The translations under genes and the position numbers were made by a program. From the NCBI GenBank assembly GCA_964357975.1, contig CAYHNG010000003.1:393-64392 (forward strand): 64,000 bases of DNA, in the 5' to 3' direction. This DNA comes from an uncultured Pseudomonadales bacterium. Its GTDB lineage: Bacteria; Patescibacteriota; Microgenomatia; UBA1400; MFAQ01. Positions 28,686-38,131 of the stretch are shown here, piece after piece. Position 1 is the stretch's first letter. Each line of letters starts with the position of its first letter. The notes beneath the pieces were generated by a model. That model saw only the letters and a list, made by a program, of their open reading frames with translations. It was not told where the DNA came from and did not search any database.

Positions 28686-29249
28686 ATGAAAGCAATAATT
28701 TTTGATTTAAACGGGGTGTTGATTTTGGATAAACCAGGATATCAATCCTCTGAGTCTGAACATAAATTTTTTAAAAGGATGGGACTTTCTCTTAATGATT
28801 CTAGGGAGAAAGAAAGAATAAAAATTGAACAAGGGTGGGACGATGATCAGTTCTGGAAGTATGTCGGCAACGGGTGGAAAGGAGCTATCCCGAACACGGA
28901 GTTGATTCAAATAATTAAAGAAATTAGAGAGAAGGGAATGAAAACTGCAATAATCTCGAACACGTCCGGTCTGATAATGAGAGAAAAAATAAATCAATAT
29001 TTTGGAGAAGATATCAATTCACTATTTGACGAGATAATTATTTCTTCCGAAGTTGGATTGTTAAAGCCCGATCCGGAAATTTTTAGACTCACACTGACGA
29101 AGCTGAAGGTTGCGGCCCATGATAGCGTGATGGTGGATGATTCCGACGATTATCTTAGGGGTGCAAGGCATTTGGGAATAACGTGTTTTCACTTTACCGA
29201 TAATGAAAGCTTGACCCAAAACTTCAAGAAATTAGGGATCCTGGACTAA
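28686..29249 (+). CDS. HAD-superfamily phosphatase
   Basis: IFDLNGV, ISNT, KPDP, VDD. Confidence 0.88.
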   Translation: MKAIIFDLNGVLILDKPGYQSSESEHKFFKRMGLSLNDSREKERIKIEQGWDDDQFWKYVGNGWKGAIPNTELIQIIKEIREKGMKTAIISNTSGLIMREKINQYFGEDINSLFDEIIISSEVGLLKPDPEIFRLTLTKLKVAAHDSVMVDDSDDYLRGARHLGITCFHFTDNESLTQNFKKLGILD

Positions 29250-29284
29250 ATTACGGGAGGAGATTGACTGGAGTAGAATGAGGA

Positions 29285-29983
29285 ATGACGATATCAGAAA
29301 AAGGACGGTTCGGTTCGGCAGAGAAGAATATTGAAACGGCACGGACTCCAGAAGAGGCGATCATCATTATCACAGAGGAAGAATGTAGGATAGCGCTTAA
29401 AAGACTGAGGGTGATCTTTGCCGAAACATTCCCAAATCCCCATGAAGTTTCTGTCGTTCCAATACTCCGGAGCGGCCTAAGGCTGGCTAGAGACTTGACC
29501 GACCCGATAGGGCTGAAACTAAATCCCATGCGGATGACCTATTACCGCGAAGATACCAGCCGATTACCTTCTCCAATATGTCTCACGCCTCCGGATATGT
29601 CCAGGATTTTAACCCACGAAGGAAAAACTAAACCGGTCATCTTTACCGAATGTGTGGTTGAGTCACAAGGAACAGTATTGGCAGCCATCAAAGAGATTAA
29701 TGACAGAATTAATATCATCAACACACAGGAAGACGGGAAGTTTGATTATCCTGAGTATCATACTTTTGCTTATGTGACCAAAACCGGAGACCATCCGGTA
29801 TTGATTCCCAATTTAGTCGCGGGCTTTGCCGTCCACCAGGACGTGTGGGTAGGCGGTTTGGGCTGTGATCTTCCCGGCGATAAAGGAAGAGATCTCGCAT
29901 ACTTGGTAGGTATACTATCCCCTTTTGCGACAGAGATACCAAGTCAACCGTATTACTTACCAATGCCTACTTTCTGCGAGTAA
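29285..29983 (+). CDS. Divergent phosphoribosyltransferase (HPRT-like)
   Basis: VPILRSG, TECVVESQGT, WVGGLGCD. Confidence 0.6.
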   Translation: MTISEKGRFGSAEKNIETARTPEEAIIIITEEECRIALKRLRVIFAETFPNPHEVSVVPILRSGLRLARDLTDPIGLKLNPMRMTYYREDTSRLPSPICLTPPDMSRILTHEGKTKPVIFTECVVESQGTVLAAIKEINDRINIINTQEDGKFDYPEYHTFAYVTKTGDHPVLIPNLVAGFAVHQDVWVGGLGCDLPGDKGRDLAYLVGILSPFATEIPSQPYYLPMPTFCE

Positions 29984-30821
29984 ATTTATCCCAGACAACT
30001 AAGAGCGGGGCGGCGGTAAAGGTAGAGGAGTAAGTCCCGGTAATAGTGCCAATGAGAAGAGCTAAAGAAAAATATTTGGTGGTTTCACCTCCCATGAGAA
30101 ACATGGCAAGAAGCATAAAGATAATGGTTAAGGAGTTGTTCAAAGATCTGGCCATGGTTTCGGTAACAGCCTGATTTACTAAAGAAACATAATCGGAATT
30201 TTTGTTCTTGTGACTTAACTCTCGAATTCGGTCATAAACCACGATGGTATCGTGAACCGAAAAAGACAGGATGGTCAAGACAGCGGTGACGAAAAGCAAA
30301 TCGATTTCGATGCCACCAAAGTGGCCCAACAAAGAAAATGCGCCGAGCAAGACCGCTGTGTCATGAAACATGGCCAGCACAGCACAAATACCATACTTCA
30401 GTTGTTTAAAGGCAAGACTAATGTAGGTTAACAACAAAAGCGAAACAATGGCCAGGGCGTTTATTGTCTTCTTGATAGTTTCCTTGCCAAGCGCCGGTCC
30501 GATAGTTTCGAAATTGGTAAGACTAATTCCGGGGTTGTCCTTTTTTAACGAATCGAGAACCTTCTGTACCGTATCCTGAGAGATCTCTTTCGACTTAATG
30601 GTAATGCTTTTGCCGTCAGAACTTTCCAAGATAGGTGTGTTCTCTTTGAATGACTGAAGAATGGTTTCCGGGGATGCTTGAATGGAGACGAGGGTAAAAC
30701 GTGAACCACCGGTAAACTCGATGGAAGGCTTCAAACCAAAACGGAGAAGAGAGTAGATACCGGGAATAATGACGACGGCAGAAATTACAAAGTATAGTGA
30801 AAGGTGCTTCATCCAGTTCAT
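29967..30821 (-). CDS. secF: Protein translocase subunit SecF
   Basis: IEFTGG, HDTIVVYDRIRE, GTYSS. Confidence 0.95.
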   Translation of the reverse strand: MNWMKHLSLYFVISAVVIIPGIYSLLRFGLKPSIEFTGGSRFTLVSIQASPETILQSFKENTPILESSDGKSITIKSKEISQDTVQKVLDSLKKDNPGISLTNFETIGPALGKETIKKTINALAIVSLLLLTYISLAFKQLKYGICAVLAMFHDTAVLLGAFSLLGHFGGIEIDLLFVTAVLTILSFSVHDTIVVYDRIRELSHKNKNSDYVSLVNQAVTETMARSLNNSLTIIFMLLAMFLMGGETTKYFSLALLIGTITGTYSSTFTAAPLLVVWDKFTRRK

Positions 30822-30857
30822 AGCGGTTGTTTCGTATTGTGTATTAAGTATTATGTA

Positions 30858-32195
30858 TTAGGTATTGATTTTGGATTTGCCTTTGAAGAAGACGCGAAGG
30901 AGATTTCGAGTAACCACAATACCGGTAAAGAGAGAAATGAAGATTCCCAGTATTAAAGTTAGAGCGAAACCCCTGACGGAACCGGAAGTATTCAGAAAAC
31001 TCCATTCAAGTGGGTTAAAAAGAATTAAACCAGTGATGATGGTGGCAGTGTTGGCGTCTTTGATGGAATCCCACGCCCGGCCAAAGGCCAACTCCAAACC
31101 GACCCGCCAGTCACGACCCGCACGAATTTCTTCTTTGTAACGCTCAAAGACCAGGATATTGCTATCAACAGCCATACCGACAGAGAGAAGGAAGCCGGCA
31201 ATACCGGGAAGGCTAAGGACTACCGGAATTAACTTGTAGAGAGCTAACGTAAAAATACCGTAGAGTACAAGTCCAATTGAAGCAATAAAGCCCATCGTTC
31301 CGTAATAAGTAATCATAAAGAAAATGACCATAGAGAGACCTATGGCCCCAGCCGTAATACTCTTTTGGATGGAGTATGCTCCTAGTGTGGCCGGAATATT
31401 CTTTTGACTGAGAATGGAGACGGGGACCGGAAGCGCACCGGCATTAAGTTGAATAGAAAGAGCTTTAGCCTCTTCGGTAGTAAACTTTCCGGTAATCACG
31501 GCACTACCATTATCAATTTCTGTCTGCACTGTCGGCATGGTAATTGGATATCCATCTAAAAGAATGGCAATGGGCTTACCGATGTTTTCTTTGGTTAACT
31601 TCGAAAATTTATTTTTCCCCGATTCTTTAAAGGTGAGGGAGACTGCCGGACTTCTATCCTGTGATTCGAAGGTGACTTGGGCTCGCTGAAGATCGGCTCC
31701 GGTAAGCTCGGTGGGAGTAAAACCGGTAAGTGACGCGGAATCGGAGGCCGTTTGACCGGGAGTATAGACAGGCAGAGCGAAGACCATTTTGGCAGTTTGA
31801 CCGATGAGTGTGAGTGCTTGTTGGGGATCAGTGACACCAGGAAGCTCCAGAATTAGACGGTAATCATTCCCGGATGTGGCTGTCTTGACACCAGACTCCG
31901 AGACTCCAAAAAGGTCTACACGACGTCCAATGACTTCTTTTAGTGACTCCAGAGCAGAGACCCTATCTGACCAGGCGATCTCTTTCATGTCGGCGTTTAG
32001 TACCACCTGAAGACCACCTTTGATGTCAAGACCTTGTTTAAGTTCAATCTCTTTGGACAGGTCGATCGTGCCGAACTTGACGTTTGCACGAGGAACGGTG
32101 AAACGACCAATCTTGGCTGGAAGAATGATATACAGGGAAACGATGGTTAGGAGCAAAATAGACAGAGATATCTTTTTTGGTTTTGAAAGAGTCAT
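30858..32195 (-). CDS. secD: Protein translocase subunit SecD
   Basis: GLDIKGG, GALPVP, GMAVDSNILVFER. Confidence 0.95.
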   Translation of the reverse strand: MTLSKPKKISLSILLLTIVSLYIILPAKIGRFTVPRANVKFGTIDLSKEIELKQGLDIKGGLQVVLNADMKEIAWSDRVSALESLKEVIGRRVDLFGVSESGVKTATSGNDYRLILELPGVTDPQQALTLIGQTAKMVFALPVYTPGQTASDSASLTGFTPTELTGADLQRAQVTFESQDRSPAVSLTFKESGKNKFSKLTKENIGKPIAILLDGYPITMPTVQTEIDNGSAVITGKFTTEEAKALSIQLNAGALPVPVSILSQKNIPATLGAYSIQKSITAGAIGLSMVIFFMITYYGTMGFIASIGLVLYGIFTLALYKLIPVVLSLPGIAGFLLSVGMAVDSNILVFERYKEEIRAGRDWRVGLELAFGRAWDSIKDANTATIITGLILFNPLEWSFLNTSGSVRGFALTLILGIFISLFTGIVVTRNLLRVFFKGKSKINT

Positions 32196-32215
32196 ATATT
32201 TTTACTTAATGGCGT

Positions 32216-32244
32216 GAGATTCCTCGACTTCGCTCGGAATGACG
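32216..32244 (-). repeat. CGTC-tagged REP-like palindrome
   Basis: CGTCATTCCGAGCGAAGTCGAGGAATCTC. Confidence 0.7.
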
Positions 32245-32293
32245 GTTTTAATTATAAAGGCCATGTTGTCGCGGAGTGTAATAAGAAATTATA

Positions 32294-32497
32294 TTATTTT
32301 ATTATGTTTTTTCTCGAGGGGGAAAGCCCCAAACTAAGCTGGTGACTATCGATAAAATTAAGCGTGAGCGTGTTGTTTAAATTGTTGACCACCTCAATCT
32401 GGTCACCCTGCTTGAGTGAGAGGTTTTTGACTAAACTTGAAGGGAGAGTTACTCCAAGTGAGTTACCCACCTTTAATATTTTTTGAGTTGGCATCAA
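32294..32497 (-). CDS. AbrB/MazE/SpoVT DNA-binding protein
   Basis: KVGNSLGVTLP...LKQGD. Confidence 0.85.
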   Translation of the reverse strand: MMPTQKILKVGNSLGVTLPSSLVKNLSLKQGDQIEVVNNLNNTLTLNFIDSHQLSLGLSPSRKNIIK

Positions 32498-33075
32498 CTT
32501 AGTAATTGAATTTCGTCTCCAATTAAAGTAATTCTGGGCTGAAGCAGAACCTTTACGATAAAGGGGTCTTTGTGGGTTTTACGATAATTGAACTCTTCTT
32601 CAGTCATACAAGAGTAGTTTAGTTCTGTGTTGAGCATTTTTTCAATCTGTTTAACAACGAGGGACACCTGAGGCATGATGACTTTGCCAATGATCATGAG
32701 GTCGACCTCATCTGTGTCTCGTTTGAGCCCTCGAGAGAGTTTCTGAGAAACAAAGGCAAATTTAACAAAACCCAACTTACTTCGATTTTTGATAACGAGA
32801 CGCCCAAAACCGGTTGATTTGATAACTAAGTTCGTAAGCTCCGGGTAGAGGGGAAAAGTGGTTTTGACGGAGTAATAAAGGCGGTTACCGCGCTTTTCAC
32901 TGCTAAGTAAGCCGGCTTTTTGAAGATGATCCAACTCTCTTCTAACGGCATTGATTTCTTCTTTGGTAAGACGAGTTATTTCACGAACATAAAACATTTC
33001 TTTCGTTTGAGAAAGAAATAGTTTTAAGAGCTTTACTCTTACTTTGGAAATAATTAGATCAGATAATTTGGCCAT
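32494..33075 (-). CDS. Winged-HTH regulator with nucleotidyltransferase-like C-terminal domain
   Basis: YVREITR...AVRREL, EVDLMIIG. Confidence 0.75.
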   Translation of the reverse strand: MAKLSDLIISKVRVKLLKLFLSQTKEMFYVREITRLTKEEINAVRRELDHLQKAGLLSSEKRGNRLYYSVKTTFPLYPELTNLVIKSTGFGRLVIKNRSKLGFVKFAFVSQKLSRGLKRDTDEVDLMIIGKVIMPQVSLVVKQIEKMLNTELNYSCMTEEEFNYRKTHKDPFIVKVLLQPRITLIGDEIQLLS

Positions 33076-33097
33076 AAAAGTGGGCAGGCCCTATCAC

Positions 33098-34300
33098 CTA
33101 ATTGTAAACCACTTTGTTGCCAATGGGTAAAATACTTATCCAGATGGCACCAGGATTGAAAGTTATTTCCTTTCCACTTAGATCAGTGAAGATGGTCCTA
33201 GCAGTTTGGGCTGTTTTCTTCCATTTGACTTGAATGGCTTGGCCCTGAGAGAAGAAGATGCCGGTGCCTTCGCCAATAACAGTGTAGAACAGGTGTTTGT
33301 GTTCATCTAAAGGACCTTCTTCTTTGGCAAATTGAACGAGGATATTAGGGACGATAATTTGCTTACCCGTTTCAAGATCGAGGTGGGCTACCCCTCCTTG
33401 GTTCCTTTGGAATTCTTTGGTAGTCGGATCGTACTTCCAGTTAACAGTAAAGTCTTTGTAGTTGGCCCAAAAATCATATTGGATATTTTGAGCTGTTTGT
33501 CCGGCGACATCGGAAGTGCCGACTTTCCACAATTTCATTCCGGAGAGCCAAGTCTTGCCACTAGGCATAAGACTGTTAAAGCCACGCTTTTCGGCTTCTC
33601 TCCAGGCGTAAGAAAGATAACCAACATAAGTATGCTCGGTGGCTATCTCAACTCCCGCTCCGAGACGTTGGTAATCTCTTTTCATAACAGGAACTCCAAT
33701 ATCACCGATAGTGTCAAAGTCGTTACCGCCCGGTTTTCTCCAACCGAGTTTAACTAACTCCTCAAGAGCAAAGGCTTTTTTGTTGGAAGTACACTGACCA
33801 CTGGCTGCATCCGCACTGCAGTTTCCACCACCAACATGCATGTAGATAGGAGTGTTGTATTCGGCGGCAAGGTTGACAAAATATATTCGAGCACTTCTCA
33901 CTGGAGCGACCTTGGCGACATCTGCTTGGGCTCCACAGTAGAAAACCCCCATAAAGCGTGTAATGCCACCCTCGGCTACGGCCTCGTAAACAATGTCGGC
34001 GGAGGCTAGTCCGGACTGTGGGCGGGCATGAATATCATTCTCAATCATGGTCAGAATGGGACGCCTGGCTTCCCAGAGAGTCTTCTCCGATTTTGAATAT
34101 AGCTTGCCATTTAAAGGACAAGCTTCGGTCTTTGGCTCATCGGTGAACTGGCCAAAGCCGGCGGTTTTTTTATCTGTAGGGATTTCAGCTTTCGGGGAGA
34201 CGAGTCCTCCACCAGTGGAAGGAACTACGGCGTAAGCAAGACCGGCAGAAACAAAAAAAGTAACGACTAAAGAAATAATAAGCTTAGGACTGAATTTCAT
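33098..34300 (-). CDS. DUF3048 domain protein
   Basis: MIEN, ARPQSGL, EGGITRF, PVRSAR. Confidence 0.88.
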   Translation of the reverse strand: MKFSPKLIISLVVTFFVSAGLAYAVVPSTGGGLVSPKAEIPTDKKTAGFGQFTDEPKTEACPLNGKLYSKSEKTLWEARRPILTMIENDIHARPQSGLASADIVYEAVAEGGITRFMGVFYCGAQADVAKVAPVRSARIYFVNLAAEYNTPIYMHVGGGNCSADAASGQCTSNKKAFALEELVKLGWRKPGGNDFDTIGDIGVPVMKRDYQRLGAGVEIATEHTYVGYLSYAWREAEKRGFNSLMPSGKTWLSGMKLWKVGTSDVAGQTAQNIQYDFWANYKDFTVNWKYDPTTKEFQRNQGGVAHLDLETGKQIIVPNILVQFAKEEGPLDEHKHLFYTVIGEGTGIFFSQGQAIQVKWKKTAQTARTIFTDLSGKEITFNPGAIWISILPIGNKVVYN

Positions 34301-34308
34301 AAATTGTT

Positions 34309-34761
34309 TTATTTTATGGCCTCATTGATAACTTCTTGTTCTTCTTTGGAGAGGGCTTGACTGACAACCTGACCACCCTCGACTCTCTTGGCATAGAGTC
34401 GGGTATTTTCCCGACTATGTAAAGAGCTTATCATAATACCATCTCCATTATCATCAAGAAAAGCGGCAGAGAAGCTTTGGTCTCCGCCAGTATCCGTAAA
34501 GGGATTGTACCGTCTAAAACCCAAACGCTGAAGATGTTTTTTGTTTTCAACAACTTCTCCAGAAAGTTTTTCCTGAAGTGATTTGAGGTCGTCCGAGTGA
34601 CTATCTAAAGTGGAAATGAGATGATTTAGGGAAGAGATTAAGTCTTTCTTAGAAACATCGGCCGTAAGATGATTGTAATGAAGCATAAGACGAACCAGAA
34701 GAAAAGTAATGATGATTAACCAGAGGGCAAAAATCGCATAAAATAAATAGGCCGATACCAT
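34309..34761 (-). CDS. DUF4446 family protein
   Basis: RYNPFTDTGGDQSFS, LSKEE. Confidence 0.88.
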   Translation of the reverse strand: MVSAYLFYAIFALWLIIITFLLVRLMLHYNHLTADVSKKDLISSLNHLISTLDSHSDDLKSLQEKLSGEVVENKKHLQRLGFRRYNPFTDTGGDQSFSAAFLDDNGDGIMISSLHSRENTRLYAKRVEGGQVVSQALSKEEQEVINEAIK

Positions 34762-34800
34762 AGTGGATTCATTTTACTATATAAAGATATAATATTAAGC

Positions 34801-35043
34801 ATGAGTAGACAAAGAAAAACTAAAAGAGAAAAACTCCAGACTCAAGAGAGAAAACAAAGGACAGAAGGTTTCGTCATAAAAGACGAGTGGCTGTCCTCCG
34901 ATGTAAAAAAACCTCTTGCCTTGTCCGTGCCGGACACTGGGGACAGGAAGTTCTTTAAGGCAGACTTGACAAAGACATTGATCCTGACTATGCTTGTCGT
35001 AGCCTTCGAGCTAGCCTTGTGGCAATATTTATCGAGGCATTAA
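34801..35043 (+). CDS. Small membrane protein
   Basis: Basic N-terminus, C-terminal TM; TATAAT 7 nt upstream. Confidence 0.65.
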   Translation: MSRQRKTKREKLQTQERKQRTEGFVIKDEWLSSDVKKPLALSVPDTGDRKFFKADLTKTLILTMLVVAFELALWQYLSRH

Positions 35044-35071
35044 CTAAAAAGAAAGGGGGTGAACCAAGTAA

Positions 35072-35212
35072 ATGCAGATCTATTGTGTAAAATGTAGAGC
35101 CAAAAAAGAGGTGGCTGAATTCGAGAGAGTTACCATGAAAAATGGTAAACCAGCAGTGAAAGCTGTTTGTCCTACCTGTGGAACCAAGATGTTTAAAATC
35201 GGCGCCAAGTAA
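35072..35212 (+). CDS. DUF5679-like small zinc-ribbon protein, 46 aa (not in ORF track)
   Basis: MQIYCVKCRAKKE...MKNGKPAVKAVCPTCGTKMFKIGAK; GGGGGTGA SD. Confidence 0.85.
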   Translation: MQIYCVKCRAKKEVAEFERVTMKNGKPAVKAVCPTCGTKMFKIGAK

Positions 35213-35279
35213 TTTGGTTCGATCCAAGAACCCGAGTAAGAGAAATCAAACTTGGGTTTTTTGGTGTTTCACCTGATAT

Positions 35280-35308
35280 AAAAAAGCGGTCTCTAGCTAG
35301 AGACCGCT
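35280..35308 (-). terminator. Intrinsic terminator
   Basis: AGCGGTCTCTAGCTAGAGACCGCT plus T run. Confidence 0.8.
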
Positions 35309-35319
35309 CACGACCAAAA

Positions 35320-36090
35320 CTAGAATGCAACCCCGATCATGCGAATGCGTGGACGCATCCAGCTCATGATCAGACCGCCCACTTGGCGGAAATCGGGGTG
35401 CTCACCATTCTGAGGATATTTCACCTCGAGAACCAACTCCCCTTCTTTCTCAGACTTGTCCAGGTACCGCTTGGAGGTCATGTCCAGAACCAATTGCTTG
35501 TTGGAGAATGACCAGAAGTGTTTACCCGGTGTCACTTTGTAGACCAACAGACCGTTTCCGGATTGATACTCACAGGTATAGCCGGCAGCGGTCAGTTTGT
35601 CCGCCAGGTAATCGATAAACGACACCTGGTAGTGCCGGCAACCACAAACCATATCCCAGGGAGCATTCGAGAAAGCCACCAGCGAAGTATCGCTACGCCC
35701 GCATGCCGGACAGGTTGCCGGATGCGAGACCGAAGACATGCAGCCCTGTGCGAACTCTACCTCATGAAGGTAAAGTCCATATGCCTCTTTGAATCTATTG
35801 CTGATTGGGGTGCACAGATGAGGATTGGTGGCGTGTATTACCAGGCTTAAACCGCCGGCGGAATTACGCAGGATCTCTATCCGGCAAGACTGCTTGTTCT
35901 CGAAGTCGATTCGGTAAGAATCCGTGCGGATGGGAAACGCTCGATCCACATGGATGAAGGTAATCTTGTACTCCGGGAACAACCGGACCAAAAACGGGAG
36001 TAGTTTCTCGGTGAACCGACATTCGGGGCAATGTACGCCCTTGTCTGTGGTGGCGAACATCTTATCTTTTAGGCATCTAGGACACTTCAC
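35320..36090 (-). CDS. Orphan protein with two zinc-ribbon motifs
   Basis: CPRC..CPEC, CPAC..CGC; AAGGAGG SD; promoter TTGACT-N17-TAGAAT at 36147-36175. Confidence 0.7.
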   Translation of the reverse strand: MKCPRCLKDKMFATTDKGVHCPECRFTEKLLPFLVRLFPEYKITFIHVDRAFPIRTDSYRIDFENKQSCRIEILRNSAGGLSLVIHATNPHLCTPISNRFKEAYGLYLHEVEFAQGCMSSVSHPATCPACGRSDTSLVAFSNAPWDMVCGCRHYQVSFIDYLADKLTAAGYTCEYQSGNGLLVYKVTPGKHFWSFSNKQLVLDMTSKRYLDKSEKEGELVLEVKYPQNGEHPDFRQVGGLIMSWMRPRIRMIGVAF

Positions 36091-36254
36091 GGCTTCCTCC
36101 TTAGGGGAAATGGTTGATTTTGAGTATTATTTTAAGTTGCCCGAAGATTCTATCATATTATGGGCTTAAAGTCAAGCCAATCAAGCACAAATCAGTCAAT
36201 GAAGGCTCCGGAATGAAATAGACATGCGAGCCTAATAGAAGAACGGAGTGAGGA

Positions 36255-36944
36255 CTATTTCTCGATTTTCTTGAACCAATCTTCAAGAATTTTCTTGATT
36301 AGATCTTTGGACCCAAGCCCTAGTCCAATGCCCAGCGCGAGAGCAATGGCCATGATAAAGCCCACAAAAACCGTATTGATGAAAAAAGTAGCAATGCCCA
36401 ACTGAGAAAGGGCGGCCAGTATAAAAAACGTCATGACGGCATAGCTAACCACTTTCCCCACGAGACGGGACATAGAGGGATCAGACGATCCCAGAGAACC
36501 CTTGACGACTTTTTCCAAGAACCCGGCAACAACGACTCCAATGACAAGAGTAATGACGGCGGCGATAAGAGTGGGTATTCCGGAAATAATGCCATTAAGG
36601 AAGAGACTAATGGAAGTAATGCCGAGAATATTGATACCGGCAACAAAGAAGAGGGTGATAACTAACCATTTAACAATTTCTCCAACAATATCTTCGATTT
36701 TTTGTGAAACTTGGGCGTTTTTTAGAAAATCGGTAATAACCGGATTCTTAAAGAGTAAACCGATCTTGGTGATGTTGACTATCTTGGTAACCAAAGTTTT
36801 GAGCCAGTCGGCAATGAGCCAACCAATCAGGAAAATTACAAGGGCCCCCAAAATATTAGGCAAAAAACTTATGACCCCGACCAAAACCTGATTAGCGGCG
36901 AAGGATATAGAGTTTTGAAAAGGGAGAAGTACGTTTGTTTGCAT
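36255..36944 (-). CDS. TM-helix repeat, small mechanosensitive channel-like (CmpX-like) protein
   Basis: Repeated PNILGAL/PTLIAAV helices, GLGLGSKD. Confidence 0.8.
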   Translation of the reverse strand: MQTNVLLPFQNSISFAANQVLVGVISFLPNILGALVIFLIGWLIADWLKTLVTKIVNITKIGLLFKNPVITDFLKNAQVSQKIEDIVGEIVKWLVITLFFVAGINILGITSISLFLNGIISGIPTLIAAVITLVIGVVVAGFLEKVVKGSLGSSDPSMSRLVGKVVSYAVMTFFILAALSQLGIATFFINTVFVGFIMAIALALGIGLGLGSKDLIKKILEDWFKKIEK

Positions 36945-36971
36945 ATACCCTTATCATATCAAACATATGTT

Positions 36972-37075
36972 ATAAGAGCTTGCTCGCCATCTTTTCAATA
37001 ACAGTGTTATTGAAATATCTGTCTGCGCTTCCTCTTATATCTGGCGCCGATAACTATATTATCGGCTGGATATAA
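36972..37075. repeat. ATAA-flanked structured dispersed repeat, copy B
   Basis: ATAAGAGCTTGCTC...GCGCTTCCTCTTA...GGATATAA. Confidence 0.8.
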
Positions 37076-37128
37076 GTCAAATATTCATAAAAAATAGTCC
37101 CCACCAGTGGCGAGGACTATGACTGGCT

Positions 37129-37650
37129 TTACACCAGCTTGTGTTTGCGGAGGACATCTAACAGGAGATTCAGACCCTCCTGGGTATCCACATGGTAGCA
37201 GGTTACGTAACGGTTACCGAGTTGAGGAAAGTCGGCTGGTACGGCGAAGAGATATTTCTTATCCACTTCCTCCCGAACAAGATAGCCCTTACTAATAAAA
37301 TCATCGAAGCCTGCCTTTTGAGCAATATCGATGACCTGTCGACCGTCTTCGGCAAACCAACCGGAAACATAACTATCTGGGGAGACAGGACCACAATCGC
37401 CGCCAGCACGGACATATCGGCTGCCAATCACGGTTTGAAAGATTTCCATGGCGATATCAAATGGCACCATGCCGGAGACGATGTAGTATGTCCAGGCACG
37501 ATAGAAGGTAAAATTGCCCAACTTACCCCAGATTGGGCTAGGTACCTCACCTCTCTTGTGTTTCGGGAGTAAAACGATCGGCACTCCGCATAATGAAAGC
37601 TCGGACTCGATATGGGTTTCAGCGTTGGGATCACCGGCGAGATTTTTCAA
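37129..37650 (-). CDS. Orphan hypothetical protein
   Basis: AAGGAGG SD, promoter TTGACT-N17-TATAAT at 37694-37722, terminator at 37089-37120. Confidence 0.7.
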   Translation of the reverse strand: MKNLAGDPNAETHIESELSLCGVPIVLLPKHKRGEVPSPIWGKLGNFTFYRAWTYYIVSGMVPFDIAMEIFQTVIGSRYVRAGGDCGPVSPDSYVSGWFAEDGRQVIDIAQKAGFDDFISKGYLVREEVDKKYLFAVPADFPQLGNRYVTCYHVDTQEGLNLLLDVLRKHKLV

Positions 37651-37765
37651 CTTAGCCTCCTTTCAAATTTATTAGGGTTCTTTCTAGAAGCGAATTATAT
37701 CCAGAGACAGTCTAGAAGTCAATACTATGGGGCTTTTTGGAGGAATTTGTGGTAGAATTGGCTAT

Positions 37766-38068
37766 CCCTAGTACGAGAGGAATGCCCTGCCGCAAGGCGG
37801 GGAGGAAAGTCCGGACAGCTAAAAGGAAGGGTGGCCATCGAAAGGTGGTCTCCCGCCAAGTAATTGGCGGGACGCGATAGGGCCACAGAGACGATTAAAG
37901 GTGAAACGTTCCACCGTTAGGTGGAGATCCTTTAAGAGTAATCTTAGAGGAGTGGTAACCCGCCCCGCTGCAATCGACGAATTGGGATTAAGGTACCTTT
38001 TCTATCCCTAAAGTCTCGAGCATAGATAGATATTCCTCCACGACAGAATCCGGCTTATTGTACTAGGG
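37766..38068 (+). ncRNA. rnpB: RNase P RNA
   Basis: GAGGAAAGTCCGG and ACAGAATCCGGCTTA conserved boxes; P1 CCCTAGTAC/GTACTAGGG; TAGAAT upstream. Confidence 0.95.
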
Positions 38069-38083
38069 AGCCCGCAAGGGCTC

Positions 38084-38115
38084 GTTGGGTGGAACGTTTT
38101 CAAACTTTTTCAGAC
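38084..38115 (+). repeat. 32-bp direct repeat, copy 1
   Basis: 29/32 identical to 39329-39360. Confidence 0.85.
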
Positions 38116-38131
38116 GAAAATATCTCAACCG

